A DNA stretch of 64,000 nucleotides, from contig CAJVXN010000004.1 in the NCBI GenBank assembly GCA_913009335.1, positions 2,349-66,348 on the forward strand, given 5' to 3'. Positions 46,736-56,207 of the stretch are shown piece by piece. Within the stretch, counting starts at the first letter, position 1; each line of letters starts with the position of its first letter. The position numbers and the translations under genes are program-made. The DNA comes from an uncultured bacterium (GTDB lineage: Bacteria; Omnitrophota; Gorgyraeia; Ghiorseimicrobiales; Ghiorseimicrobiaceae). Below the pieces are notes generated by a model. It was not told the DNA's origin and made no database searches. It was given only the letters and a program-made list of their open reading frames with translations.

Positions 46736-47905
46736 TTATTTTTTATACGGCATTCCCCAGAGCTTAATAAAACCTTCTGCTAGACTCTGATCAAACTTAT
46801 CACCTGCTGAATATGTAGCAAGCTCTTTCTTATATAAAGAATAATCTGACTTGCGCCCCACAACAGAACAATTCCCTTTATGTAATTTTAAACGTACTGT
46901 CCCCGTAACCTTTTTCTGGGTTTGATTGATAAACTTATCCAATGCCACCTTTAGCGGCGAATACCATAGCCCGTTATAAATCAATTCTGAATATTTAAGG
47001 CTAATACCTTCTTTAAAATGCAATAGCTCGCGGTCCAACACTAAATTTTCAAGCGCTTTATGCGCTTGATAAAGAATTGTAGCAGCCGGCGCCTCATAAA
47101 TCTCACGTGATTTTATACCAATCAAGCGGCTCTCAACTAAGTCAGAGCGGCCTATTGCGCAATCACCGCCAACTTTATTTAACCGGGTAAGCAACTCTTG
47201 GGATGTTAGATATTTGCCGTTTATATAACAAGGTATGCCCTGTTCAAAACAAATCTGGATATATTTAGGCTTATTAGGTGCGCGTTCAATGCTCTTAGTT
47301 ATCTGATAAGCATCCTCAGGCGGCTCACGCCAGGGATCCTCAAGTATTCCGCATTCAATACTTACTCCCCAGATATTTTTATCCAGACTATAAGGCTTTT
47401 TCTTTGTTATATCTATGGGAATCTTTTTCTTTTTAGCATAATCTATCTCATCTTGACGTGATTTAAATTCCCATTCCCGAACAGGAGCTACAATTTTAAG
47501 TTTTGGACCTAAAATAGCTGCGGTTACCTCAAGACGCACCTGGTCATTGCCCTTGCCTGTACATCCATGGGCGATGTATCCGGCGCCTTCCTTCTTGGCA
47601 ACTTCAACCAAATATTTTGCAATCAGGGGACGTGAAAGGGCAGTAGCTAAAAAATACTTACCTTCATATATCGCGTTAGCAGATAGTGCCGGAAAGACAA
47701 AATCTGAGATAAACTCATCCTTTAAATTCTTTATATAAATACGCTTAGCCCCCGCGTTAAGCGCCCGCTGCCTGACTATTTTAAAATCATCACCTTGCCC
47801 TACATCTGCGGCAAAAGCAATAACTTCATATCCTTTATCCTTCAGCCACTTAACACATACGGAAGTATCCAATCCTCCTGAATACGCTAGTACTATCTTT
47901 TTCAT
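46736..47905 (-). CDS. argG: Argininosuccinate synthase
   Basis: 389 aa. AYSGGLDTS PP-loop. Confidence 0.9.
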   Translation of the reverse strand: MKKIVLAYSGGLDTSVCVKWLKDKGYEVIAFAADVGQGDDFKIVRQRALNAGAKRIYIKNLKDEFISDFVFPALSANAIYEGKYFLATALSRPLIAKYLVEVAKKEGAGYIAHGCTGKGNDQVRLEVTAAILGPKLKIVAPVREWEFKSRQDEIDYAKKKKIPIDITKKKPYSLDKNIWGVSIECGILEDPWREPPEDAYQITKSIERAPNKPKYIQICFEQGIPCYINGKYLTSQELLTRLNKVGGDCAIGRSDLVESRLIGIKSREIYEAPAATILYQAHKALENLVLDRELLHFKEGISLKYSELIYNGLWYSPLKVALDKFINQTQKKVTGTVRLKLHKGNCSVVGRKSDYSLYKKELATYSAGDKFDQSLAEGFIKLWGMPYKK

Positions 47906-47929
47906 AATAACCCTCTTCTTTATAGTCTG

Positions 47930-48851
47930 TTATTTTTTATCTTTAAACAGCTTAATCAATACTGCCTTCTGAACATGCAGCCTGTTTTCTGCTTGATCAA
48001 AAACGATAGCATTATTAGTTTTTAAAACACTGTCTGTTATCTCCTCATCGCGATGCGCCGGAAGACAATGCATTATGAGACAATCTTTTTTTGCTATTGA
48101 TAAAAGTTGATCATTTATCTGAAATCCTTTAAAATCTAGGATCCGTTTCTCCCTTTCAGCTTCCTGCCCCATGCTTGCCCAGACATCTGTATATAATACA
48201 TCAGCGCCGGCTGCGGCTGATTTTGCATCAGTAAATACATTAATCACAGCAGATAATTCCCTTGCGATTTCTTTTGCCTTACGCACAATTTCATTATCGG
48301 GACTATATCCTTGGGGAGATGCAATATTTAAACTAATGCCTAATTTTGCGCATAAATACAATAGGCTATTACAAACATTATTGCCGTCTCCGATATAACT
48401 GATAAGAACTTTCTTAATATTACTACGTTTCTCTTTTATAGTAAATATATCGGATAATGCCTGACAGGGGTGAAATAAATCTGAGAGCCCATTTATTACA
48501 GGGACATCTGCATGCTCTGCAAGCTCACTAACATATTTATGTTCAAATGTCCTAAGCATTATCGCATCAACATAACGCGAAAGCGTCTTTGCGACATCAA
48601 AAACCGACTCCCGAACTCCTAAATTTATTTCCTTATGCCCTAAATAAATAGAGCTCCCGCCCAATTGGTCTATACCAACCTCAAAAGAAACCCTGGTGCG
48701 CAGCGAGGGCTTCTGAAAAATAAGCGCAACGCTCTTTCCACTAAGCACCTTAGAATATTTATTTTTATTTTTCTTTACTTTTTGAGCAAGAGAAAAAATA
48801 TCATTAATTTCATTATTTGTTAAATCGCGTATGGCAATTAAATCTTTCATA
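47930..48851 (-). CDS. argF: Ornithine carbamoyltransferase
   Basis: SLRTRVSFE and HCLPA motifs. The start is placed at the ATG preceded by AGGGG. The ORF track gives 48868. Confidence 0.9.
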
Positions 48852-49043
48852 ATATATACCCCTAACAAGAAAATTCCTCTGGCCCTTTAGGGCTTCGTCG
48901 TAATCTTTCTTGTCCATAAGGGCTCAGCCCCTATGGCGCTCGCCTTCGGCTCCCTGTTACCCCTTGGAATGGGTGCCTGCACCCCTTCCAAACCTACCCC
49001 AGCAGTACAGTAAAGTATTTTATACTTTCCTATACTGTTAAAA

Positions 49044-50222
49044 TTAAACACTACTTAATACACCGTCTAGTATTTTGACTGCTTTATCAATCTGATTCTT
49101 GCCTACATCTAATGCCGGCATCATCCTTAACACTGTACGGTGAGTGCAATTAATAATCAAGCCTTTTTTAAGACAACCTTCGAATATGATACTTCCGTCC
49201 TGACTCAACTCTATGCCCAGCATAAGACCAAGACCACGTATCTGTTTTATTATCTTATGCTTACTTTTCAAACCCTCTAACTTTTCTTTTAGATATTGCC
49301 CCATATCCGCTGCGTTTTTAAGAAGTTTTTCTTTTTGGATTGTTTTTAATACCGCCAATGCTGCTTTACACACCAAAGGACTCCCCCCGAATGTAGAAGC
49401 ATGCATGCCCGGGCCTAACGTATCGGCAATTTTCTTAGAAGCTACCATAACTCCAATAGGCAATCCCCCTCCTAAAGCCTTAGCCAAAGTTATTATATCG
49501 GGTTCTACTGCGTAGTGCTGATAGGCAAACATCTTAGCAGTCCTGCCAATACCGGTCTGCACCTCATCAATTATAAGAAGCATGTTTTTTTCATCACAAA
49601 GTTTGCGTAATTCCAAAACAAAATCCTTATCAGCGATATTTACTCCCCCTTCACCCTGCACTAATTCCAGCATCACTCCTACAGTCTTATCTGTTACGGC
49701 TTGCTTAACAACAGCAATATCATTAAAATCTACACTCTTAAACCCGGAGACCAGGGGTGCAAAGCCTTCCTGATATTTAGGCTGTCCCGTAGCAGAGATA
49801 CATGCAAGGGTCCGTCCATGAAAAGAATTCTTAAAAGTTATTATTTCATGCCGCTCTCCATTACCGAATACCCTAGAGAGCTTTATTGCTGCCTCATTCG
49901 CCTCTGCCCCTGAATTACAGAAAAAAACCTTTCCCTCAAAAGCCCAATATATTAACTCTTTTGCAAGACGTGCCTGTTGAGGCGAATAAAAATTATTAGG
50001 CAAATGTATCAGCTTGCTAACCTGATCCCTTACAGCAGACATTACCTTAGGATGACAATGCCCCAGATTAGATACGCCCCAACCCGGAAAAAAATCAAGG
50101 TATTTCTTTGCGTCTAAATCGACCATCTTCATACCTTTACCCTTGGTAAAAATATAGGGCATGCGCGTATAAGTAGGCATTATATAATCTTCATATGCTT
50201 TAAATATTTCTTGCTTTTTCAT
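49044..50222 (-). CDS. argD: Acetylornithine aminotransferase
   Basis: 392 aa. Class III PLP aminotransferase (IIDEVQTGIGRTAKMFA). Confidence 0.85.
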   Translation of the reverse strand: MKKQEIFKAYEDYIMPTYTRMPYIFTKGKGMKMVDLDAKKYLDFFPGWGVSNLGHCHPKVMSAVRDQVSKLIHLPNNFYSPQQARLAKELIYWAFEGKVFFCNSGAEANEAAIKLSRVFGNGERHEIITFKNSFHGRTLACISATGQPKYQEGFAPLVSGFKSVDFNDIAVVKQAVTDKTVGVMLELVQGEGGVNIADKDFVLELRKLCDEKNMLLIIDEVQTGIGRTAKMFAYQHYAVEPDIITLAKALGGGLPIGVMVASKKIADTLGPGMHASTFGGSPLVCKAALAVLKTIQKEKLLKNAADMGQYLKEKLEGLKSKHKIIKQIRGLGLMLGIELSQDGSIIFEGCLKKGLIINCTHRTVLRMMPALDVGKNQIDKAVKILDGVLSSV

Positions 50223-51076
50223 TGCTTTGTAATCTCCGTACCTATTCCTTCGTCGGTAAAAATCTCAAGCAGTAACGCGTGTGAAATACGCGCATCAATA
50301 ATATGAGTCTTCTTAACATCTTTACTCAAAGCATCTATGCAGGCGCCTACTTTAGGGATCATTCCCTCCTGAATAATTTCCTCATCAATCAAACCCTTTA
50401 CTTCATTAGTATTTAAAGCTGCAATAAATGAATGCGGATCATCAGCATTACGCATTATGCCTTTGACATTAGTAAGCAATACCAGTTTCTCGGCTGATAA
50501 AGCCCCGGCGACATTCGCGGCTACATCATCGGCGTTGATATTAAAAACTTCCCCATTTTTATCTATACCCATAGGTGAAATTACAACAATAGTACTTTTC
50601 TCGGATTCTTCCAAAATCTGCTTTGCGTCAATAGCAGATACATCTCCTACAAACCCCAGATCAATTTCGCTTTTTTTCTTACGTGCCTGTATCAAATTAT
50701 TATCTTTACCACTAAAACCTTTGACTTTACCGCCAAGCTCTTTTAATTCAAAGACTATTTTTTTATTTAAGGCCGCAAGCTCTTCCTGCACAATGTTTAA
50801 AGTTTCCTCATCTGTCACCCGCATACCTTCAACAAAATCGGTTTTCTTACCGATTATCTTCATACGTTCGCTAATATTAGGTCCCCCGCCATGCACCAGA
50901 ACCGGACGCAGGCCCATATAACTTAAAAAAACGATATCTTCTAAAACAGACGACCTGATTTTATCTTCGCCTAAAATACTCCCGCCGTATTTTATTACGG
51001 TTATCTTATTGTGGAATCTTTTAATATAAGGCAATGCCTCTATCAAAACATCCGCTTTTTTAATTATATGTTCCAT
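50219..51076 (-). CDS. argB: Acetylglutamate kinase
   Basis: 285 aa. Amino-acid kinase fold (VIKYGGS...LVHGGGP). Confidence 0.9.
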   Translation of the reverse strand: MEHIIKKADVLIEALPYIKRFHNKITVIKYGGSILGEDKIRSSVLEDIVFLSYMGLRPVLVHGGGPNISERMKIIGKKTDFVEGMRVTDEETLNIVQEELAALNKKIVFELKELGGKVKGFSGKDNNLIQARKKKSEIDLGFVGDVSAIDAKQILEESEKSTIVVISPMGIDKNGEVFNINADDVAANVAGALSAEKLVLLTNVKGIMRNADDPHSFIAALNTNEVKGLIDEEIIQEGMIPKVGACIDALSKDVKKTHIIDARISHALLLEIFTDEGIGTEITKQ

Positions 51077-51105
51077 CTACCCTCGACTTTCTTAACGAAA
51101 ATTTA

Positions 51106-52242
51106 TTAAGTATATTCGGCGTTTATCTTAACATATTCAGAGCTTAAATCTGAAGTATAAATCCTGGATTTTCCGCTTCCCAGATTTAAGATTATATCAA
51201 TCTTAATATTCTTCTGTTTAAAAGAACTGAATTTGATTTTTATATCTTCTTCCTTTATTCTTATGCCTAAAGAGCCGACTGCGGCAATAATCCTGCCCCA
51301 GTTAGGATTTTTTCCAAAGGCGGCAGTTTTAAAAAGATTAGAATTAGCAACCGATAGCCCTATTTCCTTGGCCATAGCAGGACTTGCGGCACCGCATACA
51401 TTTATCTCTATAAATTTTGTGGCCCCTTCGGCATCCCTGACAATCGCCTCTGCCATTTTAGCCGCTACGAAATTTAACGCACGCATAAACTCAGGATAAT
51501 AACGGCTTTTCAGGGTCAATGCCGGGCCATTGCTTAAACCATTGGCCAAAATAAAAACCGTATCATTCGTACTCATGCATCCATCCACAGTTATATTATT
51601 AAAAGAATTACTAACCGCATTCTTTAAAGCCTGCTTTAAGGCTAAAGGCGTAATTTTAATATCCGTAGTAATAAAACAAAGCATAGTCGCCATCTTAGGA
51701 GAAACCATCCCCGCGCCCTTTGCCATTGCCCCTATATTAACAACAGTATTACCTATCTTGATACGCACCGCGATCTCTTTAATAACCTTATCAGTAGTCA
51801 TAATTGCGCAAGCAGCATCCCTATTACCCGTACGAGCTAAAGATTTAATTAATTTAGGCATACCCTTCTTAATTTTTTGTATTGGTAATGTCTTGCCGAT
51901 TATACCGGTTGACGCAACAAGAACATTATTACTACTCAAAGAAAGCCCCGAGGCTGCGGCCTCAACCATCTTTTGCGTATAGGCCAAACCATACGCACCG
52001 GTAAAACAATTAGCGTTCCCGCTATTTACAATAATTGCCTGGGCTTTGGCACTTTTAAGATGTTTTTTACTTACCCTTAGGGCTTGCGCCTTAAAAGTAT
52101 TAGCTGTAAATACGCCGGATGCTATTGCAGGCACCTTAGAGTAAATAAGAGCCAAATCCTTTTTTTTATTTTTTATGCCGCAATTTACCCCGGATGCAAA
52201 AAATCCCCGCGGGGCACATACCCCCCCAGATATAATCCTCAT
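51106..52242 (-). CDS. argJ: Glutamate N-acetyltransferase / amino-acid acetyltransferase ArgJ
   Basis: 378 aa. ArgJ family with the ATML self-cleavage-site region (KMATMLCFITTD). Confidence 0.85.
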   Translation of the reverse strand: MRIISGGVCAPRGFFASGVNCGIKNKKKDLALIYSKVPAIASGVFTANTFKAQALRVSKKHLKSAKAQAIIVNSGNANCFTGAYGLAYTQKMVEAAASGLSLSSNNVLVASTGIIGKTLPIQKIKKGMPKLIKSLARTGNRDAACAIMTTDKVIKEIAVRIKIGNTVVNIGAMAKGAGMVSPKMATMLCFITTDIKITPLALKQALKNAVSNSFNNITVDGCMSTNDTVFILANGLSNGPALTLKSRYYPEFMRALNFVAAKMAEAIVRDAEGATKFIEINVCGAASPAMAKEIGLSVANSNLFKTAAFGKNPNWGRIIAAVGSLGIRIKEEDIKIKFSSFKQKNIKIDIILNLGSGKSRIYTSDLSSEYVKINAEYT

Positions 52243-53228
52243 AACAATCCTTCAGTCTGCTTAAATCCATACATTAAATTCATATTTTCTACAGCTTGCC
52301 CTGCCGCGCCTTTAACTAAATTATCAATCACACTAACGACTACAATCATCTTGCTTTCTTTCCTTAGGTAAATAGCAATATCACAAAAATTTGTTTCTAC
52401 CACATCCTTTATTTGCACAGAGCTATTTTGACTACGAATCCGCAGGAAAGGATCATTTTTATAGAATTTTTTATATAACTCTGTTAATTTAGCATCGGAA
52501 ATATTAGATTTAGCTTTTACTATTTTCACATAAGTTGTCGTCATCAAACCACGGAATACGGGCAATAAATGCGGCACAAAATTCACTGAAATCCTCTTGC
52601 CGCTATATTTAGATAACTCTTGATTAATTTCCGGCATATGCTGATGATAGTTTACTTTATAAGGCTTAAAATTTTCTTTTAATTCATCAAGCAGTCCATC
52701 CTCAACGTTCTTCCTACCGGCTCCGGAAAAACCGGATTTCGCGTCAATGATTATAGAATTCGTATCAATTATCTTTTTTTTAATCAAAGGCAATAAAGAC
52801 AATATCGCAGCCGTCGGGTAGCACCCTGGATTGGCAACTAAACTTGCTTTTTTTATTTGCTTCGCATAAACCGCCGGTAAACCATATACACTTGATACAA
52901 CATTATTCTTATCGCTATGTTTTATTGCATACCAAGTAGTAAATTCACCCGTATTTTTTAATCGATAATCCGCCCCCAAATCAATAACTTTTTTCTTAGC
53001 GCGCAAAACAAGCGGGACGAACTTCATCGATTCGGCATGAGGCAAGGCAAAAAATACCAAATCGCAACTTGAAACTATCTTCTTAATATTAAATTTCTTT
53101 ATTCCCAGGGCCGGCCGCGCTCGCCTGGCAGACAGAGAACCAACACAAACATCAGGATGTTTACTTAGAATCCTATTTAATTCCTGCCCCACATACCCTG
53201 ATGCCCCGACTATACCAATGTTTAACAT
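52239..53228 (-). CDS. argC: N-acetyl-gamma-glutamyl-phosphate reductase
   Basis: 329 aa. IGIVGASGYVGQEL N-terminus and the catalytic Cys region (ANPGCYPTA). Confidence 0.9.
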   Translation of the reverse strand: MLNIGIVGASGYVGQELNRILSKHPDVCVGSLSARRARPALGIKKFNIKKIVSSCDLVFFALPHAESMKFVPLVLRAKKKVIDLGADYRLKNTGEFTTWYAIKHSDKNNVVSSVYGLPAVYAKQIKKASLVANPGCYPTAAILSLLPLIKKKIIDTNSIIIDAKSGFSGAGRKNVEDGLLDELKENFKPYKVNYHQHMPEINQELSKYSGKRISVNFVPHLLPVFRGLMTTTYVKIVKAKSNISDAKLTELYKKFYKNDPFLRIRSQNSSVQIKDVVETNFCDIAIYLRKESKMIVVVSVIDNLVKGAAGQAVENMNLMYGFKQTEGLL

Positions 53229-53337
53229 CTTACCCTCATAATCAATTTATAACTACTTTCACCGTCTATTAATCGACGGAGTCTCGTCTAATAATAATAG
53301 AGTAATTTGGGTTTCCCGTCAAGGAAAATAAACAAAA

Positions 53338-53395
53338 AAGGCCGGCCTGCATTCCTTATTGTGGATTTGCCAGGACGGCTTATTTTTAACGCCTT
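53338..53395 (-). terminator. Probable intrinsic terminator after rpsI
   Basis: A GC stem (GCCGTCCTGGC...GCAGGCCGGCC) followed on the minus strand by TTTTTTGTTTATTTT. Confidence 0.4.
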
Positions 53396-53437
53396 ACTAT
53401 TTAATTTTACTTCTAATCTATTTAATCTTTAAAAACT

Positions 53438-53881
53438 TTAACGTTTTGTCCACTGGAAGCGTTTACGTGCGCCTTTACGCCCGAATTTTTTACGCTCTTT
53501 CATGCGTGGATCACGTGTTAAAAATTTACTCTTCTTTAAAACCGGCTTAAAAGCCTCATCCACTTTTACTAATGCGCGAGCTATAGCATGTCTTAATGCT
53601 CCGGCCTGACCGGAAATACCACCGCCACCTACTTTAGCGATACAATCAAACCTATCAGCGTTATTAGTGACTTTTAACGGCTGTTTGATTAATATTCGGT
53701 CTGTCTCCCGCAAGAAATAATTCTCCCAATTACGGCTATTAACTACAACATTGCCCTTACCGGGAACAAGCCTAACTCTAGCTATAGATTCCTTACGTCT
53801 TCCAGTGGCAATATACTCAATGCCCTCTCGAAGCTCTTCGGAATTATTCTCGACTGTTTCTACCGGTTTCTCCAAAATCAT
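53438..53881 (-). CDS. rpsI: 30S ribosomal protein S9
   Basis: The C-terminus ...RKKFGRKGARKRFQWTKR is canonical S9. Confidence 0.9.
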   Translation of the reverse strand: MILEKPVETVENNSEELREGIEYIATGRRKESIARVRLVPGKGNVVVNSRNWENYFLRETDRILIKQPLKVTNNADRFDCIAKVGGGGISGQAGALRHAIARALVKVDEAFKPVLKKSKFLTRDPRMKERKKFGRKGARKRFQWTKR

Positions 53882-54309
53882 ACCTCCAATTTAATAGAAT
53901 TTTTTGTAACATGGTGAGACTTATCATCTTTAAAAATCTTTAGCTTTTTAAACATCCTCCTACCTAAAGGATTTATCGGTAACATACGCTTCACTGCTAA
54001 TCTTATAACTTGAGTAGGATTCTTAGCAAGCATACCTTCAAGAGATAGCTTACGCAACCCGCTGGGATAGCCTGAATAACGCGTATATATTTTATCTTTA
54101 AGCTTATTCCCTGTAACCCTTATATTTGCGGCATTAATCACAATAACCCGATCTCCTACATCGACATGCGGGGTAAATTCAGGTTTATGCTTACCGCGTA
54201 AAATGGTAGCAATCTTCGTCGCAAGCCTACCTAAAATCTTATCTTTGGCATCTACAATATAGCATTCACGCTTAATATCTTTTTCTTTGGCCATAAAAGT
54301 TGTTTTCAT
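53878..54309 (-). CDS. rplM: 50S ribosomal protein L13
   Basis: 143 aa. CYIVDAKDKILGRLATKIATILRGKHKPEFTPHVDVGDRVIVINA. Confidence 0.9.
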   Translation of the reverse strand: MKTTFMAKEKDIKRECYIVDAKDKILGRLATKIATILRGKHKPEFTPHVDVGDRVIVINAANIRVTGNKLKDKIYTRYSGYPSGLRKLSLEGMLAKNPTQVIRLAVKRMLPINPLGRRMFKKLKIFKDDKSHHVTKNSIKLEV

Positions 54310-54361
54310 GTCTAAAAATCCTTTAATTTACAAACTATTATGCTGCTTGGTACGAAGGAGT

Positions 54362-54390
54362 AAAATACCATACCTACAGCAAAAAGTCAA
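54362..54390 (-). promoter_or_regulatory. Candidate sigma70 promoter for rplM-rpsI: -35 TTGACT, a 17 nt spacer, and an extended -10 TGGTATTTT
   Basis: The minus strand reads TTGACTTTTTGCTGTAGGTATGGTATTTTAC about 45 nt upstream of the rplM ATG. Confidence 0.35.
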
Positions 54391-54493
54391 TGTTTTTTTT
54401 CAATATTACTTGCTATCGTTTTTTACCCTAAAAGAGAGCATTTTAGAAATAAATTAGGCTGGATTATCTTAAAAGGAAAGGTATATCAAAGTC

Positions 54494-54967
54494 TCACTTA
54501 TAGTAATCCTTACCCCTGTGAAGAAACTGCTCATCCATTCTCTGGGGTAGGAAGAAATTTTGCGTAAACTGTTTCGCTTTAAGAAGATCGAACTCTTTAC
54601 AACAATATATATCAATGGAAATGAAATCTTTAGGAGTCAACGTATGTATTACAATAGAGCTTTCGATGAGAGGCGCCCAGCCGGATAAACCAGCCTTATC
54701 GGGAAACTTAACCTCGTCGCTTCTAAAGATATACGGCGGGGCCTGTTTCTCCATACCTAAATAACCCACAATTTCATCTAAAAACTTATAGCAAAGATCA
54801 ATATCATCGCAAGCACCGGGCGCGCAATCATATAAATCCAAAAGAAGCTGATATCCGAATACTGTTGAGTTTTTAGGTAGTACCTTCAGAATCCCTACCT
54901 TAGCAATAGATTGTTTACTCTCAAGTCTATTCATTTTATGATTATATAGTAATCTATAAAAAACCAA
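54494..54967 (-). CDS. S-adenosylmethionine decarboxylase proenzyme-like (SpeH class, pyruvoyl-dependent). The start is uncertain; 54934 is an alternative.
   Basis: PLIESSIVIHTLTP...SIDIYCCKEF resembles the autoprocessing ES site and the C-terminal VDVFTCG motif of class 1 AdoMetDC. Confidence 0.5.
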   Translation of the reverse strand: MVFYRLLYNHKMNRLESKQSIAKVGILKVLPKNSTVFGYQLLLDLYDCAPGACDDIDLCYKFLDEIVGYLGMEKQAPPYIFRSDEVKFPDKAGLSGWAPLIESSIVIHTLTPKDFISIDIYCCKEFDLLKAKQFTQNFFLPQRMDEQFLHRGKDYYK

Positions 54968-55035
54968 AAATCAAGCATTTTTTTCGTTTTTAATACCTTT
55001 GGGGAAACTGCCAATTACCCTCTTATACCCCCAAG

Positions 55036-55473
55036 CTAGCAGCCCAAATTAGGGGCCCTAAAAAGACGCTCTTTTTTAAATCCCGATAAATATCTTGTAG
55101 TAATAAAATAAAAATAAGGACGGATATATTTATTATGTAGTTGATCAAAAATAAGATGCTGCGTCATGCCTATAACTAAACCCATCCAAAACAAACCCAA
55201 CCCAAACTTATATACAATAAACCAAAAAACGATTAAAAGCTCAAAAGAATGCAAAAAAAGATAACTTTTAGCTATCAACGGATAAGGCATAAACACACCA
55301 AAGAATTTTTTGATATTTAACGACCTATACTGCAAAACAAAATCAAGGTAATGATCCAAATCAATAAAAACCCCGGCCAAAAAAGAAGCCATTGCCGCCG
55401 ATAGTGAATTCAAAAACACGTACACAGTACTACTTATTGCAAAGGAAACAGCTACATGATATCTGGGATTCAT
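55036..55473 (-). CDS. Hypothetical polytopic membrane protein
   Basis: 145 aa, 4 TM segments, several conserved His/Asp residues (LDHYLD, HLIFDQLH). Confidence 0.35.
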   Translation of the reverse strand: MNPRYHVAVSFAISSTVYVFLNSLSAAMASFLAGVFIDLDHYLDFVLQYRSLNIKKFFGVFMPYPLIAKSYLFLHSFELLIVFWFIVYKFGLGLFWMGLVIGMTQHLIFDQLHNKYIRPYFYFITTRYLSGFKKERLFRAPNLGC

Positions 55474-55499
55474 AATAAAAATACTTTTCTAGCGTTAAA

Positions 55500-56207
55500 T
55501 CACTTAAATCTAGATAACATCATTGGTATCTTATATATAGCCTCGAAAACTATTTTCTTTGAAATTTTTGATTTGCCTTTACGCCGGTCTGTAAAAACTA
55601 TAGGTATCTCCTTTACGGCAAATCCTTTTTTATGCGCGATAAAGGTTGCCTCTATCTGAAAAACATACCCCTCGGAACTCGCAGACATCAATAATATCTC
55701 CTCTACTAGGTTTTTCTGATAACACTTATAGCCCCCGGTTAAATCTCTTGTACTTATACCTAAAATACATCTGGCATAAAGATTACCGCAATAACTCAAT
55801 AATTTCCTGGAAAAACCCCATCCTACCGTCGCCCCCCCCTCAATATAGCGAGAGCCTAAAACCAGAGGATATTTTAATACTTCTTCGATGAATTTCGGTA
55901 AATATTTAGGGTGATGTGAAAAATCCGCATCCATTTGAACAATAAGGTCGTAGTTACATTCACGCGCATATTTAAATCCAACAATATAGGCAGTACCCAA
56001 ACCTAACTTGTTAGACCTGGTTATAAGCTTTATCTGTGGATTTTGTTTCCCAATACGCCTGACTATATCCCCTGTTCCATCAGGAGAACTATCATCTATT
56101 ATTAAAATATCGGCTTTAGGAAGCACTTCAAATATACTCCTGATGAGTGAAGAGATATTTTCCTTTTCGTTGTAAGTAGGTATAATAATTAAAATTTTAT
56201 GATCCAT
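55500..56207 (-). CDS. Polyprenyl-phosphate mannose (or other sugar) synthase, Dpm1/Ppm1-like GT2
   Basis: ILIIIPTYNEKENI, IIDDSSPDGT and QMDADFSHHP Dpm1 motifs. It contains a G8 homopolymer (plus-strand C8 at 55833-55840). Confidence 0.8.
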   Translation of the reverse strand: MDHKILIIIPTYNEKENISSLIRSIFEVLPKADILIIDDSSPDGTGDIVRRIGKQNPQIKLITRSNKLGLGTAYIVGFKYARECNYDLIVQMDADFSHHPKYLPKFIEEVLKYPLVLGSRYIEGGATVGWGFSRKLLSYCGNLYARCILGISTRDLTGGYKCYQKNLVEEILLMSASSEGYVFQIEATFIAHKKGFAVKEIPIVFTDRRKGKSKISKKIVFEAIYKIPMMLSRFK

